From Octopus vulgaris (lineage: Eukaryota), in the NCBI GenBank assembly GCA_951406725.2, contig OX597821.1:51336001-51400000 (forward strand): 64,000 nt of DNA. The letters run 5' to 3'. Shown here in pieces: positions 1 through 14,333 of this stretch (position 1 is its first letter; each line of letters opens with the position of its first letter). Made by a program: the position numbers and the translations under genes. The notes under the pieces are model-generated. The model did not search any database, was not told where the DNA came from, and saw only the letters and a list, made by a program, of their open reading frames with translations.

Positions 1-170
1 AAGTTTAATTCGTATCCTGCAGTTGTTTTCCAACGAATGCTCTTCTAGAGGAACAAGTCTTCTTTTCCTATGTGTCTTGAAATTGCACGGGATTGTTCGT
101 CCAGATATAATTGTCTCTTTGAGTGACACAAACACTTTTCTTATGAGGCATTATTTTAGATACTCTAGTT
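1..170 (-). pseudogene. Degenerate Penelope-like GIY-YIG endonuclease remnant
   Basis: Minus strand, with frameshifts, reads RVSKI..C.C..NYI/GRT..CNFKTHRK...LEEHSLENN. This resembles the PLE pattern GVYxI.C..C..YIGxT.RNFxTR..EH...LAEH.LE.NH. Truncated by the window edge. Confidence 0.45.
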
Positions 171-450
171 AGATAGGCCTACTATTTTGAAAAACAGTCA
201 ATATAGTCAGACTTTTTAGCGTCATAGAAATAAAAAGGAGAGGAAGAGGATATTTCCTAAAGCAGGGCCTAAGTAGTAATAAATTGAAAACTCTATAATT
301 CCTAAACTGCTTAAATTTAAATGCTGAAATTAGAGATATACTGCTTCTGTATTGCATTAAGTCAGCACACCAAGTTTGGTATAGGCAGTATGAACCCCAC
401 TAGAATCTTGCATGATTTGGATCAAAAGTAGTGTTAGATTTCTTCTGTTA

Positions 451-478
451 GTGGTGGTGGTGGTGGTGGTGGTGGTGG
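451..478. repeat. (GTG)n microsatellite
   Basis: Direct reading. Confidence 0.95.
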
Positions 479-627
479 GGAAAGTTTTTGTAAAAATATA
501 CTTAGAATAAAAGAATATTTTCCATATTTATGTGATTCTTCATCGACTTTTAATATAGGAAATTGTTTACTGCCAAAAAGATCGAAGCCTAATGTATATA
601 TATACACAGAGAGAGAGAGAGAGGGAG

Positions 628-853
628 GCTAAGCCGGCGAGCAGGTAATAGCGTTAGTGGGTCGCATGTAATGCTTGATGGCATTTCGTTCAATTCTTTA
701 CGTTCTGGGCGCAAATTCCGTCGAGGTCGACTTTGTCTTTTATTTATTCTTTCGGTGTCGATAAAATATGTAACAGTTAAACATTGGGGACGATGTAATC
801 ACTTGACGTCTTCCTTGAAGTTACTGACCTTGTGCCAAAGATTGAAACCATTA
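628..853 (+). mobile_element. SINE family A copy (tRNA-like head GGCGGCGAGCTGGCAGAATCGTTAG.., central GCCTTTCATCCTTTCGGGGTCGATAAAATAAGTACC, tail TTGTGCCAAAATTTGAAACC)
   Basis: Aligns by eye to the copies at 18724, 52268 and 57660. Confidence 0.85.
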
Positions 854-2673
854 TATATGAACGTTGGCAAAAACAGATTATTTACTAGTGTTTTCTCATT
901 GACGTAAATCTCAATGGACTATTCCAACCTTGAAATCGCAAAGAGATGCATATTACGATTGTATAGTACATTCATAATTGAATTATGAGTCACTCTTTTG
1001 TCAATTTGTAATGATGAGATCAAATTACAAGATGTTTTCAATAAAATTCCAGCAAAAAATAATATATATCTGTGTGTGTATGTGGATGTGTGTGCGTGTG
1101 TGTATCCACACACATCCACACACACACACACACACGCACACACACACGCACACACACACGCACACGCATATAACATACGTAATCAAATATTAATTGCAAA
1201 ATACACAATTTTATTGAGAATGATGCAGAAAGCTAATCATCAATGCCATGATGGTTAGTCATAGAGTTCTTCAGAAAAAATATCTTATTATTCCTTGCAA
1301 TTCTCTAAAAGTTATAAGAATTTTTTCAAGACAAAGTATTCTTAAAATTACTAAAATATTGTAAAACTCTTCAAACAAAGAGTATGATCCGTGTTATTGT
1401 AGAGTAGGGTGTTAAAAATAAATAATCTTTCAGTAGTGAATTAACTTTTTATTCGTTTGATAATAGAATTTTTCATGGGAAAGTTTAATGCAAAACAAAT
1501 GTCCACTTGGGGAATTTTCTATAGTAAAAAATTGGTTTTTAGTATTTTCGTTCAATATCTAATTTTTCTTCTTTATGTTGCCTTTCAAAACTTATATTCA
1601 GTCAATTGATTAGCTCTCTTTTCTCTCTCTTTCCGATATTTTATTCCTTCTAAGGATGCTCTTGCGGGAAATCATATGAAATGTAACAAATTTCTCCTGC
1701 TGACATTTACCTTCCGTTGAGTAAATCTCCAAAGAGATAAATTATATGTAACTGCTTTAAGAAATCGCAGGCGTTAAAGAAATCATCAAACAAACAATAT
1801 TTCTGCTATGATTGAATAGCCTAAAAGCTGATTGCCAGTCCTATGATTTCTCATGTTTATTTGGTGATTACAGTTAAAACAATTGTTTATTAATAACTCC
1901 AAAAACTATATTGATATTAAGTCTTTATTTATTTTAAAAGTACAATTTTTGTATTGTTTTATTTTCATTTGGTTCCATAACGCTTTATTTGTGGTTGTAC
2001 GGTGAGAAAAAATATGGCGTGAAAACGAACGAAAATAAACATTAAATTCCGACTAAAAGAAATTGCTAAATCTATGGTTTTCCTTCTGGAAATTAAATTT
2101 CAACAAAATGAAAGAAATAACATTTCTAAGACACATCCATAGAGAATTCATACACGTGCCTCTCACTGCCGGGAGAGTGAGAGAGAGAGAGAAAGAGAGG
2201 GGGAGAGGGAGAGAGAGAAAATAAAGAGAGAGAGAGAGTGAGAACATAAACTGACTGCTATATTTATTATCATATAGCGATGATGCTTACACTGATGATA
2301 AATATACTCAGGAGGTGCGAATTAACTTACAGCGTCTTCTATGTTCCCTTCTAAATATTCTTAATGTATCTATATAAATCAGCTGCACACAATTTATTTT
2401 CCGGGTGTTATTTGTTCCTAGGTCACGTTGATCGACCGACTCTAAATTCAATGGTGCTTGATATATAATCAATATATATTATGTATATCAGAGAATTATT
2501 TAGCCAATGTGTTCTTCCAGTTTTGAAGACTGTGAAGTGTGATTTGAAAGCTGCTTTTACTAACAGGTCAAATTACTACATAGAGCCGCACGTGAATGAC
2601 ATATTCATATTCATATAATCACACTACATAATAAAACCAGTCGCTTCTTCCTGTATTATAGTCATAACTAGAA

Positions 2674-2888
2674 GGCAACAAGATGGTAGAAATGGTAGCA
2701 CGCCGGACAAAACACTTAGCGGTATTTCTTCGGGATTTCTATTCCGATTTCTAACGCCACCGAAGATGAGTTTGTCTTTCTTCCTTTCGCAGTCGATAAA
2801 ATAAGTACCGGTCAGATACTGGGATTGAGACAACCGACTACCCAATATCGATAAATTCCAGGCCTTTACCTATATCAGAAAGCATTAT
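2674..2888 (+). mobile_element. SINE family A copy
   Basis: Contains gcacgccggacaaaacacttagcggtatttc and gtcgataaaataagtacc. Confidence 0.8.
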
Positions 2889-3032
2889 TTTTATAAATAT
2901 TTGAAATATTATCAAGATATGCCGAACTGCAAGGTTCTCTCCTTATGTAATTCCGTATATTTATCGACTGGTACACGCACACACGCACGCAAGTACGCAC
3001 GCATACACACATCTGAATGTATGTACACGTGC

Positions 3033-3033
<1 letters not shown>

Positions 3034-3091
<58 letters not shown>

Positions 3092-3172
3092 TATATACGT
3101 ATATATATATATATACGTACATATATATATACGTACATATATATATATATATATACACGTATATATATATAT
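3034..3172. repeat. (TA)n-based compound microsatellite
   Basis: Direct reading; source of YIYI ORFs. Confidence 0.95.
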
Positions 3173-3199
3173 AAGTGTATATAAGTATATATATTTTAT

Positions 3200-3420
3200 G
3201 TGTGTGTGTGTGTTTGTGCTTTTCCCCAATCACCACTTGATAACTGCTGTTGGCTTGTGCATATCGCTTCAACTTAACTGTTAACCAAGAGAGAACTCCG
3301 GAATCAATACCATGGTTTAAAAATAAATCAATACGGGGCTGTATCCTTTCCATTAAGACCCTTCAAAAGCGGTGCCCCAGTAAGACCGTGACCAAAGACT
3401 AAGAGATGTAAGAGGTAGAA
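3200..3420 (+). mobile_element. SINE family B, degenerate 3' half
   Basis: ttgataactgctgttgg..aacttaactgtt..aaagcggtgccccag matches the 3' half of the copy at 45090. Confidence 0.6.
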
Positions 3421-3450
3421 GATAAATGCTAAAGTATACACCACGATAAG

Positions 3451-3483
<33 letters not shown>

Positions 3484-3490
3484 ACATATA

Positions 3491-3724
3491 TGAAAAAACA
3501 AGTCAAGATAGAAAATGCTAAAATAATTTTATAAAGAACATCTCAGTACCGGTTTCAGTCATTTGAGACCTTTTAAACTGTAAAGATTAAATAATGAAAT
3601 TTAGAAAAATTAAAAGAAAAGTTTTTTTTAAATAATATGTGTATAGTGTTCAAATATAAGTGGCATTTTCCTTGTTTCTGCCTTTCTTTGTCTCTCTTGT
3701 TTACACTTGTGGGTTCGAGGTCGT

Positions 3725-3730
<6 letters not shown>
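3491..3730 (-). mobile_element. Small element between (TA)n tracts carrying a decayed hammerhead-like motif
   Basis: Bounded by TA runs; first ~55 nt recur at 11762-11816; HHR-like motif at 3544-3580. Confidence 0.6.
3544..3580 (-). ncRNA. Decayed type I hammerhead (U3-A8 variant, G5 mutated)
   Basis: Minus strand: cag UUUAAAA gguc-ucaaau-gacu GAAAC CG GUA cug. Confidence 0.45.
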
Positions 3731-3766
<36 letters not shown>

Positions 3767-3845
3767 CATATTATATAAGTGTAAATATATTTTTTTTATA
3801 AACGTACATATACACACATACAGACACGCACACACATATACACAC

Positions 3846-5044
3846 ACAGTGTCCGTTGAATAAATGGTCGTCTAAATTATGCAAAAATGAAAATGACATT
3901 GACATCTCATTTTCACAGATATATTTACCAAAGGCGCATAAAAATATCTTGAAATACGGCCTTCAGAAGACTTCAGAATCTCTTGCATCTCTTCTGGACG
4001 ATCTACGTGTTTAAGTTGGTGAATGCTGCCATAAATCTTGCCTTCAGTTAGTCTTTGATGTTACAAGCAATTTGGTCTCTCGCTCCACTGCGTCCCTCAC
4101 ATAATAATCAAGGGAGTTGCAGTCTGGGGAGTTAGGTGGGCAGATGTTAAGGGTGATGTGGTCGCAGTAATTGTCTGACAGCCATGACTGAGTTCTCCTG
4201 CTTGTGTGGCATGGTGCAGAGTCCCGTTGCCAGACATAAGGTCTTCCAGTAGCCACCCTCTTCACCCGGTGTAGCAATGCCTCCTCCAGACACTTGATGT
4301 AGGCCTCCGTGTTGAGTCTGAGAGCGCGTGGGAAGATAAATGGAGGCATAACGTCACCATCACTAGTGATCACTCCAAACATCATGATGTTGATTGGATG
4401 TTTGATATTTATTACTCTCGGTAATTGCATTGGGGACACCGAAAGCCAATGGTTGTTCTGTGTTTCTCGTCTGAGGAAAACCACAAAATATTTGGTTGGA
4501 GGGGATGCTGGAGTTTGTTCAAAAGCTCCGAAGCGCGGTCTCTCCTGTTGTCCTTGATGGCTTGGGATAAAAATTGGCCCTTTCTCATCTTGAATATGGA
4601 ATATACCGAATGTCTCCATGCACTACCTGCCATATTAGAAACTCAGACACTCCCATGTTCCTGGCGATAGACGTGATTGATTTGGATGGACCTGATTGTC
4701 AATCATGCCCTGGATCTCACCAACAAATTCAGGAGTTCTTTTCTTATCAGAACGATGACGGTGAGGTTTCGTAATTACCATTAGATTCATCAAACTCTTT
4801 CCGGATCCTCTGTACTGTTCTCAGACTGACACCAAAAATCTCAGAAATGTTCGTATTGGAGCTTCCAGCGCAAATGCCCAGCAGTACAGCTTGTTTCCAA
4901 ATTTCTGGCAAAGTTGCATCATGGTGCTGTTTTTTTCGCAGACGGTGCCCAACTGACCTCACTATACGACAAAATCAAAAACAAAGACTATGCATGCGCG
5001 AAATAGAAATATCAAATTGCGACAAGTTACCCATATACACTTAT
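3846..5044 (-). mobile_element. Tc1/mariner transposon, DD37D (maT/Bmmar1-like), frameshifted
   Basis: HTH-like ISEIFGVSLRTVQRIRK (ORF 4747-4962), WFSSDEK (ORF 4412-4633), and WQRDSAPCHT..PPNSPDCNSLDYY (ORF 4044-4619) with 37 residues between the 2nd and 3rd D; termini only weakly inverted. Confidence 0.9.
3930..4925 (-). pseudogene. DD37D transposase pseudogene
   Basis: Catalytic and HTH motifs split across three ORFs by frameshifts. Confidence 0.85.
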
Positions 5045-6088
5045 ACAATATATATATATATATATATATACATAGTCGAAATATATGGAAAATTGGAAAT
5101 AATACGAGGAGCATTTAGAAGACACATATCATCAGTTCGTCACTTTTATAATTGCGTATTCTGAACAGCTTACTAATGCGATTCTATTACAAACGCTAAC
5201 TAGACCTATTGTTGCAGGCAATGGTTTTATATATATTTCCGTCATTGACTATCTCTGTCATTTCATTATCTTATTCCGTCTTGATCGCTATTGCTTTTCC
5301 TCTTTCTGTTTATAAAACAATTTTTCATTGTCTCCTATTTATATCATTGCAGATAAAAAATACATACATATATATATATGTGTGTGTGTGTGTGTATGTG
5401 TATGTATACATATATACATACCATAAGAATGATATGATATATAATATATTAAAAGTATGTCATTATGTTAGCATGTGTTTATGTGTGTGTGTATATGTGT
5501 GTGTATGTATATATTTGAGTGTATATGATATCAATGACTTTGCAGAGATTTTTATTTTCTGTCATTAGACGTGAGTAAATATATATATACTGTGTATATC
5601 GAACTTTTAAGCTGTTTTTGTTAAACCTAAGTATGGCACTTTTATACCCTACTTTTATGAGTGCATGTATTCACAGAACTGCACACACACATATCTGATT
5701 CTCTCTTAAATGGATTTAAAAAGCAATGGCTTATGGTTAACATAGCCTGTAGTACTCTTGATGATTTACAATAAAAAAATGCTTTCAATTAATTTAGTAA
5801 AAATCATTTCTATTGGTCAGCTATATAACTTACTTGATTATTGAATTAATTACGTGTACTCCCCACGAAACGGTTGTAGGAATTCATTAAGCTATAAACA
5901 ATCTGTAACGTCTATGCTTTTCTACATTTTAGACTCTCTCTTTTCTTTTTACCTTTCTCTTTCTTTCTCTCTCTATATATATGTATGTATGTATATATAT
6001 CTATCCATCATTCTATCTATCTCTCTCTCTCTCTCTCTCTCTTTCCCTTACTCTCTCTCTCTCTATGTATATATACATATATATATGT

Positions 6089-6137
<49 letters not shown>

Positions 6138-7094
6138 TGCTAATATATGTGTACATATGTGTAAATATATATGAACTCAAATGAACTCACAAAAATTAAG
6201 AAGATAATTTTTCACTGATAAGCACATAATTTCCCTCCACATATCAGACAGATACACTAAATCCTTAACAGGAACTCCTCAAAATTCTGTACTGTTGTTG
6301 ACATATCTTAAGCTCCTGACTATCTCAATGCAAATAAATACGTAGGAGTACCAATCCTCAACATTACAAATTCACCTGCCAAAGCATATACACAACAATT
6401 CTTTCAAAGGAAAATTCCCACTAATGTGATAGTGTACAGAACTTACGTAAGAAACTGGAGATAATATAAAAATGCCATATTCAGGTTTAACAGAAACAGT
6501 TTAAATGTTCGATAAACAATATATTTATTTATTCCCTTCTGATGACAAATTGACTTGTAAATCATTGATATAATATACAAGTTGTTGCAAAATCGTAGGA
6601 ATCAATGATCTTTGTGGAAAATGGAATATAGTTGTGAATGATAATTGATGTAATATGGGGTGCAATATATGGATATTACAAATTGCCGAGAAGTACATCA
6701 ATATTTTAGACAGAAAACAAATCTTTCTCAACGTACATTCAATGAAGACAATTAGGCCTTTTATCTTTTAAACATATCCCTTTTATGGATTTTATCATTT
6801 TGAGTGGGTGTAAATATTTCTCGTAAGATGATGTGAATGTTTCAGTTAGTTGCTATCCACTGTAAGCATTTATATTGTGTATCACCTTCAAAGTTTAGTC
6901 TTTGTGTATATATAGGGTTCCAAATTTGTTTTAAATGTTAGTATGTGTGCATTCTGAAGTTGTGTAATTGGTAACTTGATGAAAGCTGTCCTGCTTTAAG
7001 GCAGGCTTTTTGCAAACAGTTGATTTGGAAAGGAGCTAGAAATAAGTACAACTGTATAGTAGTAAAAGTAAACTTCCTTCCCGAGTTATATAGA

Positions 7095-7296
7095 CTCATA
7101 GGGCCGGTTTTCCGATTCCCATGGCGTATATATTTCCCACATTGACGGAACACCGGTTCGTCGCAGGATTACTCATTTTTTCTAGCTGAGTGAACTGGAG
7201 CAACGTGAAAGGAAAAAACACAATTCGTCGCCCGGTCCGGTAATCGAAACCACCATCATGAGTTCAACACCCTACCAAATAAGCCATGCGCCTCCA
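7095..7296 (-). mobile_element. SINE family C-related copy (tRNA head, V-domain-like core)
   Basis: Minus strand ggaggcgcatggcttat..ggtttcgattaccggaccgggcg..tcctgcgacgaaccggtgttccgtc..aaaccggccctatgag; related to 32591-32909. Confidence 0.7.
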
Positions 7297-8239
7297 TCTG
7301 TATACAGTTTTGAAATATATGGAGAGATTTTGTTCTACATTTTCCACGCATTAATTTGTGGATCGATTCTGTAGATCATGTACTGCATTTTATCCTTTAA
7401 CAAAGTTCTTCATTTTACGTTGATTACCTCCAGTCAAGCAAAAAGGTGTACCATGGGCAGTCGGGATTTAATTCTGGGACGGAATTGGCGCCCCTTTCAA
7501 AGAGAAGAGTTCGGCTAAATCTGGATAATGTCCAGTGGCATGTTCCCGCATGTTCAAGTCAGAGTTGTTAAAACTAGGGTTGTACGAGAAAGATGTAATA
7601 ACCACTTAGTTCAGCTGTCCAAATTTGTGGCATATTTTCGTAGATGTTCCATATCAGTTATTAAATAATTCTTTTATATAACTATTATTTCGTACCCAAA
7701 TGTCAGATTTTGTCTGTTTCTAGGATTTTATTTTCAAATCAAAGTATGTGTGTATGTGTGTGTGTGCCTTACTGCATGTGTGTTACTCTGTGTGTGTGTG
7801 CGTGCGTGCGTGCATAGCGACCAGACTCCCTTGTTGCAGCGACTCTCTTTTTTGCTTAAATTCAGCGGAGTAATCTTCAAAATAAATAGACTCAGCAGCT
7901 GATGTAGTTCTAGAGACAGCATATACAAAAACAAAGCATGGTGTCTTTAATAGATCATGTTACCTGAGACAAATTAACAACAGTGATAGCATACACAGAA
8001 AGAGAACACGCAAATACAATCTGTAGCAAACTCACTAGCAATATCAGAAGTAGTCATGTGCGGAAAACATTGACAGCCGTTGATGTGCTGAATTTCCTGA
8101 GATGAAAAGGCTCCTGCAAAGGCATTCCATCTGTGACTACTCCGGGTATATTCTATCCGAAATATAATAGCGCTTCAATTAAGGCAGTGGAGTATGATTT
8201 TAAGGAAATTTGGCTATTGTTTCTAACAGAGGGAAGAAA

Positions 8240-8392
8240 CACAATGTTAGCGGAAAAGGCATTCCGGGATTTGTTCTGGCTCTTTACGTTCCGAATTAAA
8301 TTCCTGCCGATGATAAATTTGCTTTTCTTCAATCTAATAACTCCCCTGCCACCACCAAATTTATGGCCTTGTGCCTAAATAAGAAGCCGTTA
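8240..8392 (+). mobile_element. SINE family A, degenerate and internally deleted
   Basis: ctctttacgttccgaattaaattcc..ggccttgtgcctaaat. Confidence 0.55.
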
Positions 8393-9517
8393 CGCTTGAG
8401 ATATTATGCTTCGGGGTATGACGTGGTGTAACTGCGAGTGTATGGGATGAAGGCTGTTTATATATGCGATTGTGCTTGAAGAACATAGTTTTGTACTTGT
8501 GTAAATATTAGTCTGTATGCATGTGTGATGTGTGTGTGTGTGCGTATGAATGGAAGTTACTTTAATCATTGAACTGTTATAATTACTCTGTTAAGTGAAA
8601 GATATTATCAAATTCTGTTCAATTGTCGCATGAAACCTTCTAAGGAACTTCAATTATTAAGCACCATTAATTATTTAGTGCTATCAGCAACGGACGACTA
8701 TCAGTGGTTAAGGATGGCAAATTATTTAAGATGATTAATCAGTAAAGAGCATCAAATATTATGGACTGTCATCTAATTAAGACCATCGAATATTATGGGC
8801 CACCATATATTTAGGATCATCTTATATTTATAATCATCAGATATTTAGGAGCTGCAAATTTGGAGGTTCATACAAGCAGAAATACACAATTTTTTATTGA
8901 ATTATTTCCTAATATGTTATATATTTTCATCAAGCTCTGATTTAGTTACGATAATGATATTCCGGAACCTTTGTTTCCAGAGCCTTACCGAATTAGTGAT
9001 TCTCCCAAAACAGGGGTGATTACTATGGTCCATACACCCTAAATGATTAAATTTTGTGAAATAATTACATGAAATATAGATACCTGTACATTAGTATAAA
9101 TTATACACGTTTATTTATACATTCAGTGTCAGATGCCAGTAAACTAGTCTGGCGACCGCGTGAATTTATTTTTCCTGTTCCTAAATTAGGGCAAATTGTA
9201 AAAATATCCGAACTATTAGTGTCCAGAAAGACGGCGTTGTACCTGTATTTGTTGAATGAACTACAAACTGTATCAGTATTTAGAATATATATAAGTACAT
9301 CATTACGTTGTAATCAAACGCTAAACAGCAGCTGAAAAGTCAATCTATTACTAGCTAGCAACTTTAGTTTGAAAAAAAGTTATTATGAACTGCCCATCAA
9401 ACTAGGGTTTAATATGTATGGTATAATTATGAAATTTAATCTGGGGGGCCAGAAGGGTTGTACAACAGAGATACACAGATACACACAAACACACACAGAC
9501 ACACGCAGAAACACACA

Positions 9518-9551
<34 letters not shown>

Positions 9552-9692
9552 TCTATGAAATCCACTTACAAAGTTTTGGTCGTCTCGGGCCTGTAGTAGA
9601 AGACACTTGCTCAAGGTAATACACTGTGGAACCGAACACGGAACCATGTGGGTTGGAAGCAAGCTTCATATCAAACAGCCACGTATGTGCCT
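9552..9692 (-). mobile_element. SINE family B, 5' part
   Basis: Reverse complement of ggctgt..aagcttgcttccaacccacatggttccg..cttgagcaagtgtcttctac. Confidence 0.75.
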
Positions 9693-11064
9693 ATTTTCAA
9701 TTATTTATGTATTATTTCAATTATTTATGTATTAATTGGCTTGATTAGAACAATCAGAATTTTACAGTGAAAAAAATTGCTCTACATATTGAATATGTCT
9801 TCGAGTAATTTGATCAAACTATAAAATTAATAGATATTTATCGTATCCAAATTGCATTTCAATATCTTTCAGATAATATTTGTAATGATATTAAATTTGT
9901 TAAAATATGATTTAGGTGTAAGCAATTTGTTTGAACACAATATATTTTGCAGTCATCGTATTACAATATAGCTGCCTTATACAACATCTAAAGCGCTATA
10001 TAGCTTACATATAACCGAGACTTTTTGTAATGAATTTACAACCTGTATATGATCGGAACTAAAATGTTATGTTATAGAAATACTGGTAATTCGGTGCAGT
10101 GTAATTGAAAAACGAGGAGCAGTTATAGATGTGATGTGCAGAGATTCACTTTATAATGAAATAGCTCTCATTTCGACATAAGTACGCAGTATTTTAGTGA
10201 AGTATCTTCTACTCAGAGCTACCTCGACCTGGTGAGAGGATTTATGTAGGCGGAAGAAGTTATCACTTTAGGATTATGTTTTCTCTCTAGATTAAACATA
10301 CTATGATTAAGTATAGTGTAAGGATTCTTCCGGAAAGGAATGTAATTAGCTTGGCACTCCTTAGTACATGGTCGCTACGTATTTTATTGATCTGTGAATG
10401 AGAAGCTAAAATGACATCTGTTCTGAACAGAAGTCAATTTAGCTTCTCCGTACGTAAATTAGAAGCTCTGTACAAGTGTTTTAGGCACATGACAGTCTTA
10501 CATTAAAATATAATTAATATATATTTTACTGTCACAATTCTTCACCCTTTGATGGTGGATATAGTCGATTAATTGTTAATATATTTCTGATAATTAACTT
10601 ATTATATAGTTCTGAAGAGACAAATTACAAATTCAACTTTGAAAAAGTTTGATCTCACAATATGAAGACCTGCTACTAAACAAAGCAATTCAACTTTATC
10701 CGAAGTTTTGTTGGTTTTGCAAATCTATATTAATTGTTTTAACTAATGGGTTGATTTCTTGTAGAGAAATGAATTTATTTGTTATTATTTCTATTGGATT
10801 TTAATTGTAGTTTAATAGTTCGGGTTGTTATTTTGCAATACATTATATAAATGATCTTGCAGTGAGCATCTCTAAGTGGTTGCTCGTTCTGACAATATAT
10901 ATATAACCTGAAAATTGCTCTCATATCCGGTACAAACAACTGATAAATGTGCATTATATAAGGAATTCCCGAATAGGCAATATCTATGAGATGAAACTCG
11001 TAGCTCTAACACCTTTGATCTTATATTTGTTGATACTGAGAAATAAACTGTATCAAAGATAACA

Positions 11065-11286
11065 TATTGGTTTCAAGTTTAGTCACAAGGCCAGCAATTT
11101 CGGGAGGAGATAAGTCGATTATATCGCCCTCAGTGCTCAATTGACGCTTATTTTATCGACTTCGAAAGGATGGAATGTAAAGTCAACAAAGCCTACAACG
11201 GCGGCATTTGATCTTACAATGTAAAATCAGAAGAAAGGTCGCCATGTATTTTGTCCGGCGTGGTAACGATTCTACCAGATCGCCGA
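11065..11286 (-). mobile_element. SINE family A copy
   Basis: Full-length reverse-complement match to family A. Confidence 0.85.
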
Positions 11287-11723
11287 CACACCAACAGCAA
11301 CATATTATCATAAATCTCATACAATTTTGTTCAAAGATACCTCCTATAATGGACCTAGTTGTATTTCCTTTCCTAAAGAATTGATAATCTGAACTCGTCT
11401 CTAAATTACATTCAAGCTTTCAACCTAGAATTGTATTTTATACACCAAGCTAGGAGAAACAATAATTGTCTGAATCATATCCAGCGTTGCCTTCCCTTGT
11501 TACCAAAATCATATGCGAAGTTCTATTCTTAATTACTTTTAGTTGAAAATTTTGGAGGGGCCTCTTAATTTGAACTAATAGATAAAACTAACAATTATGT
11601 CTCATTTTACGTATGCAATACGAATTAATTAAAACTCCTTGTTACATTATTTAATCTATTACAATATCTTAATTTTTCCATGAAATCTAGTACCAATTAA
11701 TCAAAACTCCTTGGTTTTTATTG

Positions 11724-11765
<42 letters not shown>

Positions 11766-11816
11766 AAACAAGTCAAAATAGAAAATGCTAAAATAATTTT
11801 ATAAAGAACATTTCAG

Positions 11817-12183
<367 letters not shown>

Positions 12184-12631
12184 AAGTCTTCCATATAAAG
12201 TATTGACAACATACGTGTATTAATGAAAACCACAAACCCTCGTAACACTCATTCTAACTGAATAGACTCTGAGCAAATAGATTTTCGTGATAACTAACTT
12301 GAGGATACTCTATGACATCAATATCGTATTAAGAATTCTTGCAACTGATATATACAATTATCGAAAGCGAGAGTCATAATATCTGTTTCTCTGAGGAATT
12401 AAAACTATTAGACAATCAATACAGCTACTTAGGTAGAAAGTAGGTAAGACACGAAGATAGCCGAAGTTAAATAAAATACACAACCACACAAATATGAACA
12501 TATACAAAGAAACGTATACATACATACATGCACACACACGTATATCAATACATACCTACAATCATATATATATGTATGCATATATATATACGCATGTATA
12601 CGTATACACACACAAACACACACACTATATG

Positions 12632-12674
<43 letters not shown>

Positions 12675-12907
12675 TAGATGAAAGCAGGAAAAGATTGATT
12701 TGTGAAATTAAAGTTACGTTAACAATGTAGCTGTGAGTTATATTGAGTTATATATTCTATCTTTAATTATAATATAGCTTGTTGAAAAATGGAATGTGAG
12801 AATGAGATATCAACACAAAATCACTATCGCAGAAAGAGGAAGTCAAATATATTTATTTATTTATGAATATTCACATTTGCGCCTGTCTTATGTTTACACA
12901 GAGATAG

Positions 12908-13010
<103 letters not shown>

Positions 13011-13466
13011 AAAATGATAACGGTACCTCAATCCTTTTATCTTTTTACATATACACAAATAGGTACAGATATACAATAATAAGCATGCACACACACACAC
13101 ACACACATATATGTAATCACTTTTGCAATTGAATTTGATTTTCTAAGACTGGTCGTGTTAACCATTTAATATTTGAACATGGCGACATGAAAGACATCAC
13201 TGAAAGTTTCCTTTATTTGTTGTCTTAAGAAACAAATGTCTATAAACAATCAATGCCAATAGTCAGGATCCTGCAAGGCATTTAAGTGAGAAGAGACACG
13301 TTCACGTAAAATCTGTCACTCATCAGCTAGGCCAGCAAGATATATTCGCTTTACAATTCCTTAACGTACATTCGTCATACGCATTGTTTAAACGATACAC
13401 CCATCATCTCTTTCTCTCTTTACACACACACACACACACATAGAATAGCAGTACGAGCATGTAGGA

Positions 13467-13521
13467 ATATATATATATACATTTATATATATATGTATAT
13501 ATATATATATATATGTATATC

Positions 13522-13582
<61 letters not shown>

Positions 13583-13675
13583 ATATGTATATATATATAT
13601 ATGTCTATATGTATATATATATATATGTATATGTATATATGTATATATATATGTATATATATATGTGTGTGTATA

Positions 13676-13710
<35 letters not shown>

Positions 13711-13807
13711 GTATATATGTATATATATATATGTGTATATATATGTATATATATGTATATATATATATATATGTGTATATATATATATGTATATATATAT
13801 ATATTTG

Positions 13808-13857
<50 letters not shown>
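13467..13857. repeat. Compound (TA)n/(TATATG)/(TG)n microsatellite
   Basis: Direct reading. Confidence 0.95.
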
Positions 13858-13858
<1 letters not shown>

Positions 13859-14138
13859 AATTTTCAACCTCCTTACTATAAGAATATTTTTCATTGTAAG
13901 TGAAACAAGAGTAATTTTATAAAGTTTAAAGTTATAATTCTGATGTTAAATGTGTATTGTCCTCACACGCTCATACTGCACCCTGTAGGTGCGTTTACTT
14001 GTTAGTTGATATCAAGAGAATGTAAGTACCACTTCATTGTTTAGAGGATGGGAATGGAAACTAAAAGTCTGAAGTGCCTTCAGGCTTTTTCATAGTAACC
14101 CTGTTGAGGACTTAGCATATCATATTTTTTTATTTAAT

Positions 14139-14148
14139 TATCTATCTG

Positions 14149-14233
<85 letters not shown>

Positions 14234-14265
14234 CTATCTACCTACCTACCTACCTATCTGTCTAT
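14139..14265. repeat. (TATC)n/(TACC)n microsatellite
   Basis: Direct reading. Confidence 0.95.
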
Positions 14266-14333
14266 TTATCCATCTTCCTGACTATCCATATATGTGCGTG
14301 TCCATGTGCATGCATGAAAATACGTATGATATA

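Noticed and set aside
7440-7660. Possible RTE-like LINE C-terminal remnant on the minus strand (RLEHAG..LL)
   Set aside because: Similarity limited to a few residues
13295-13332. Minus-strand CUGAUGA with a guga/uuac stem
   Set aside because: GAAA is absent and helix I does not pair
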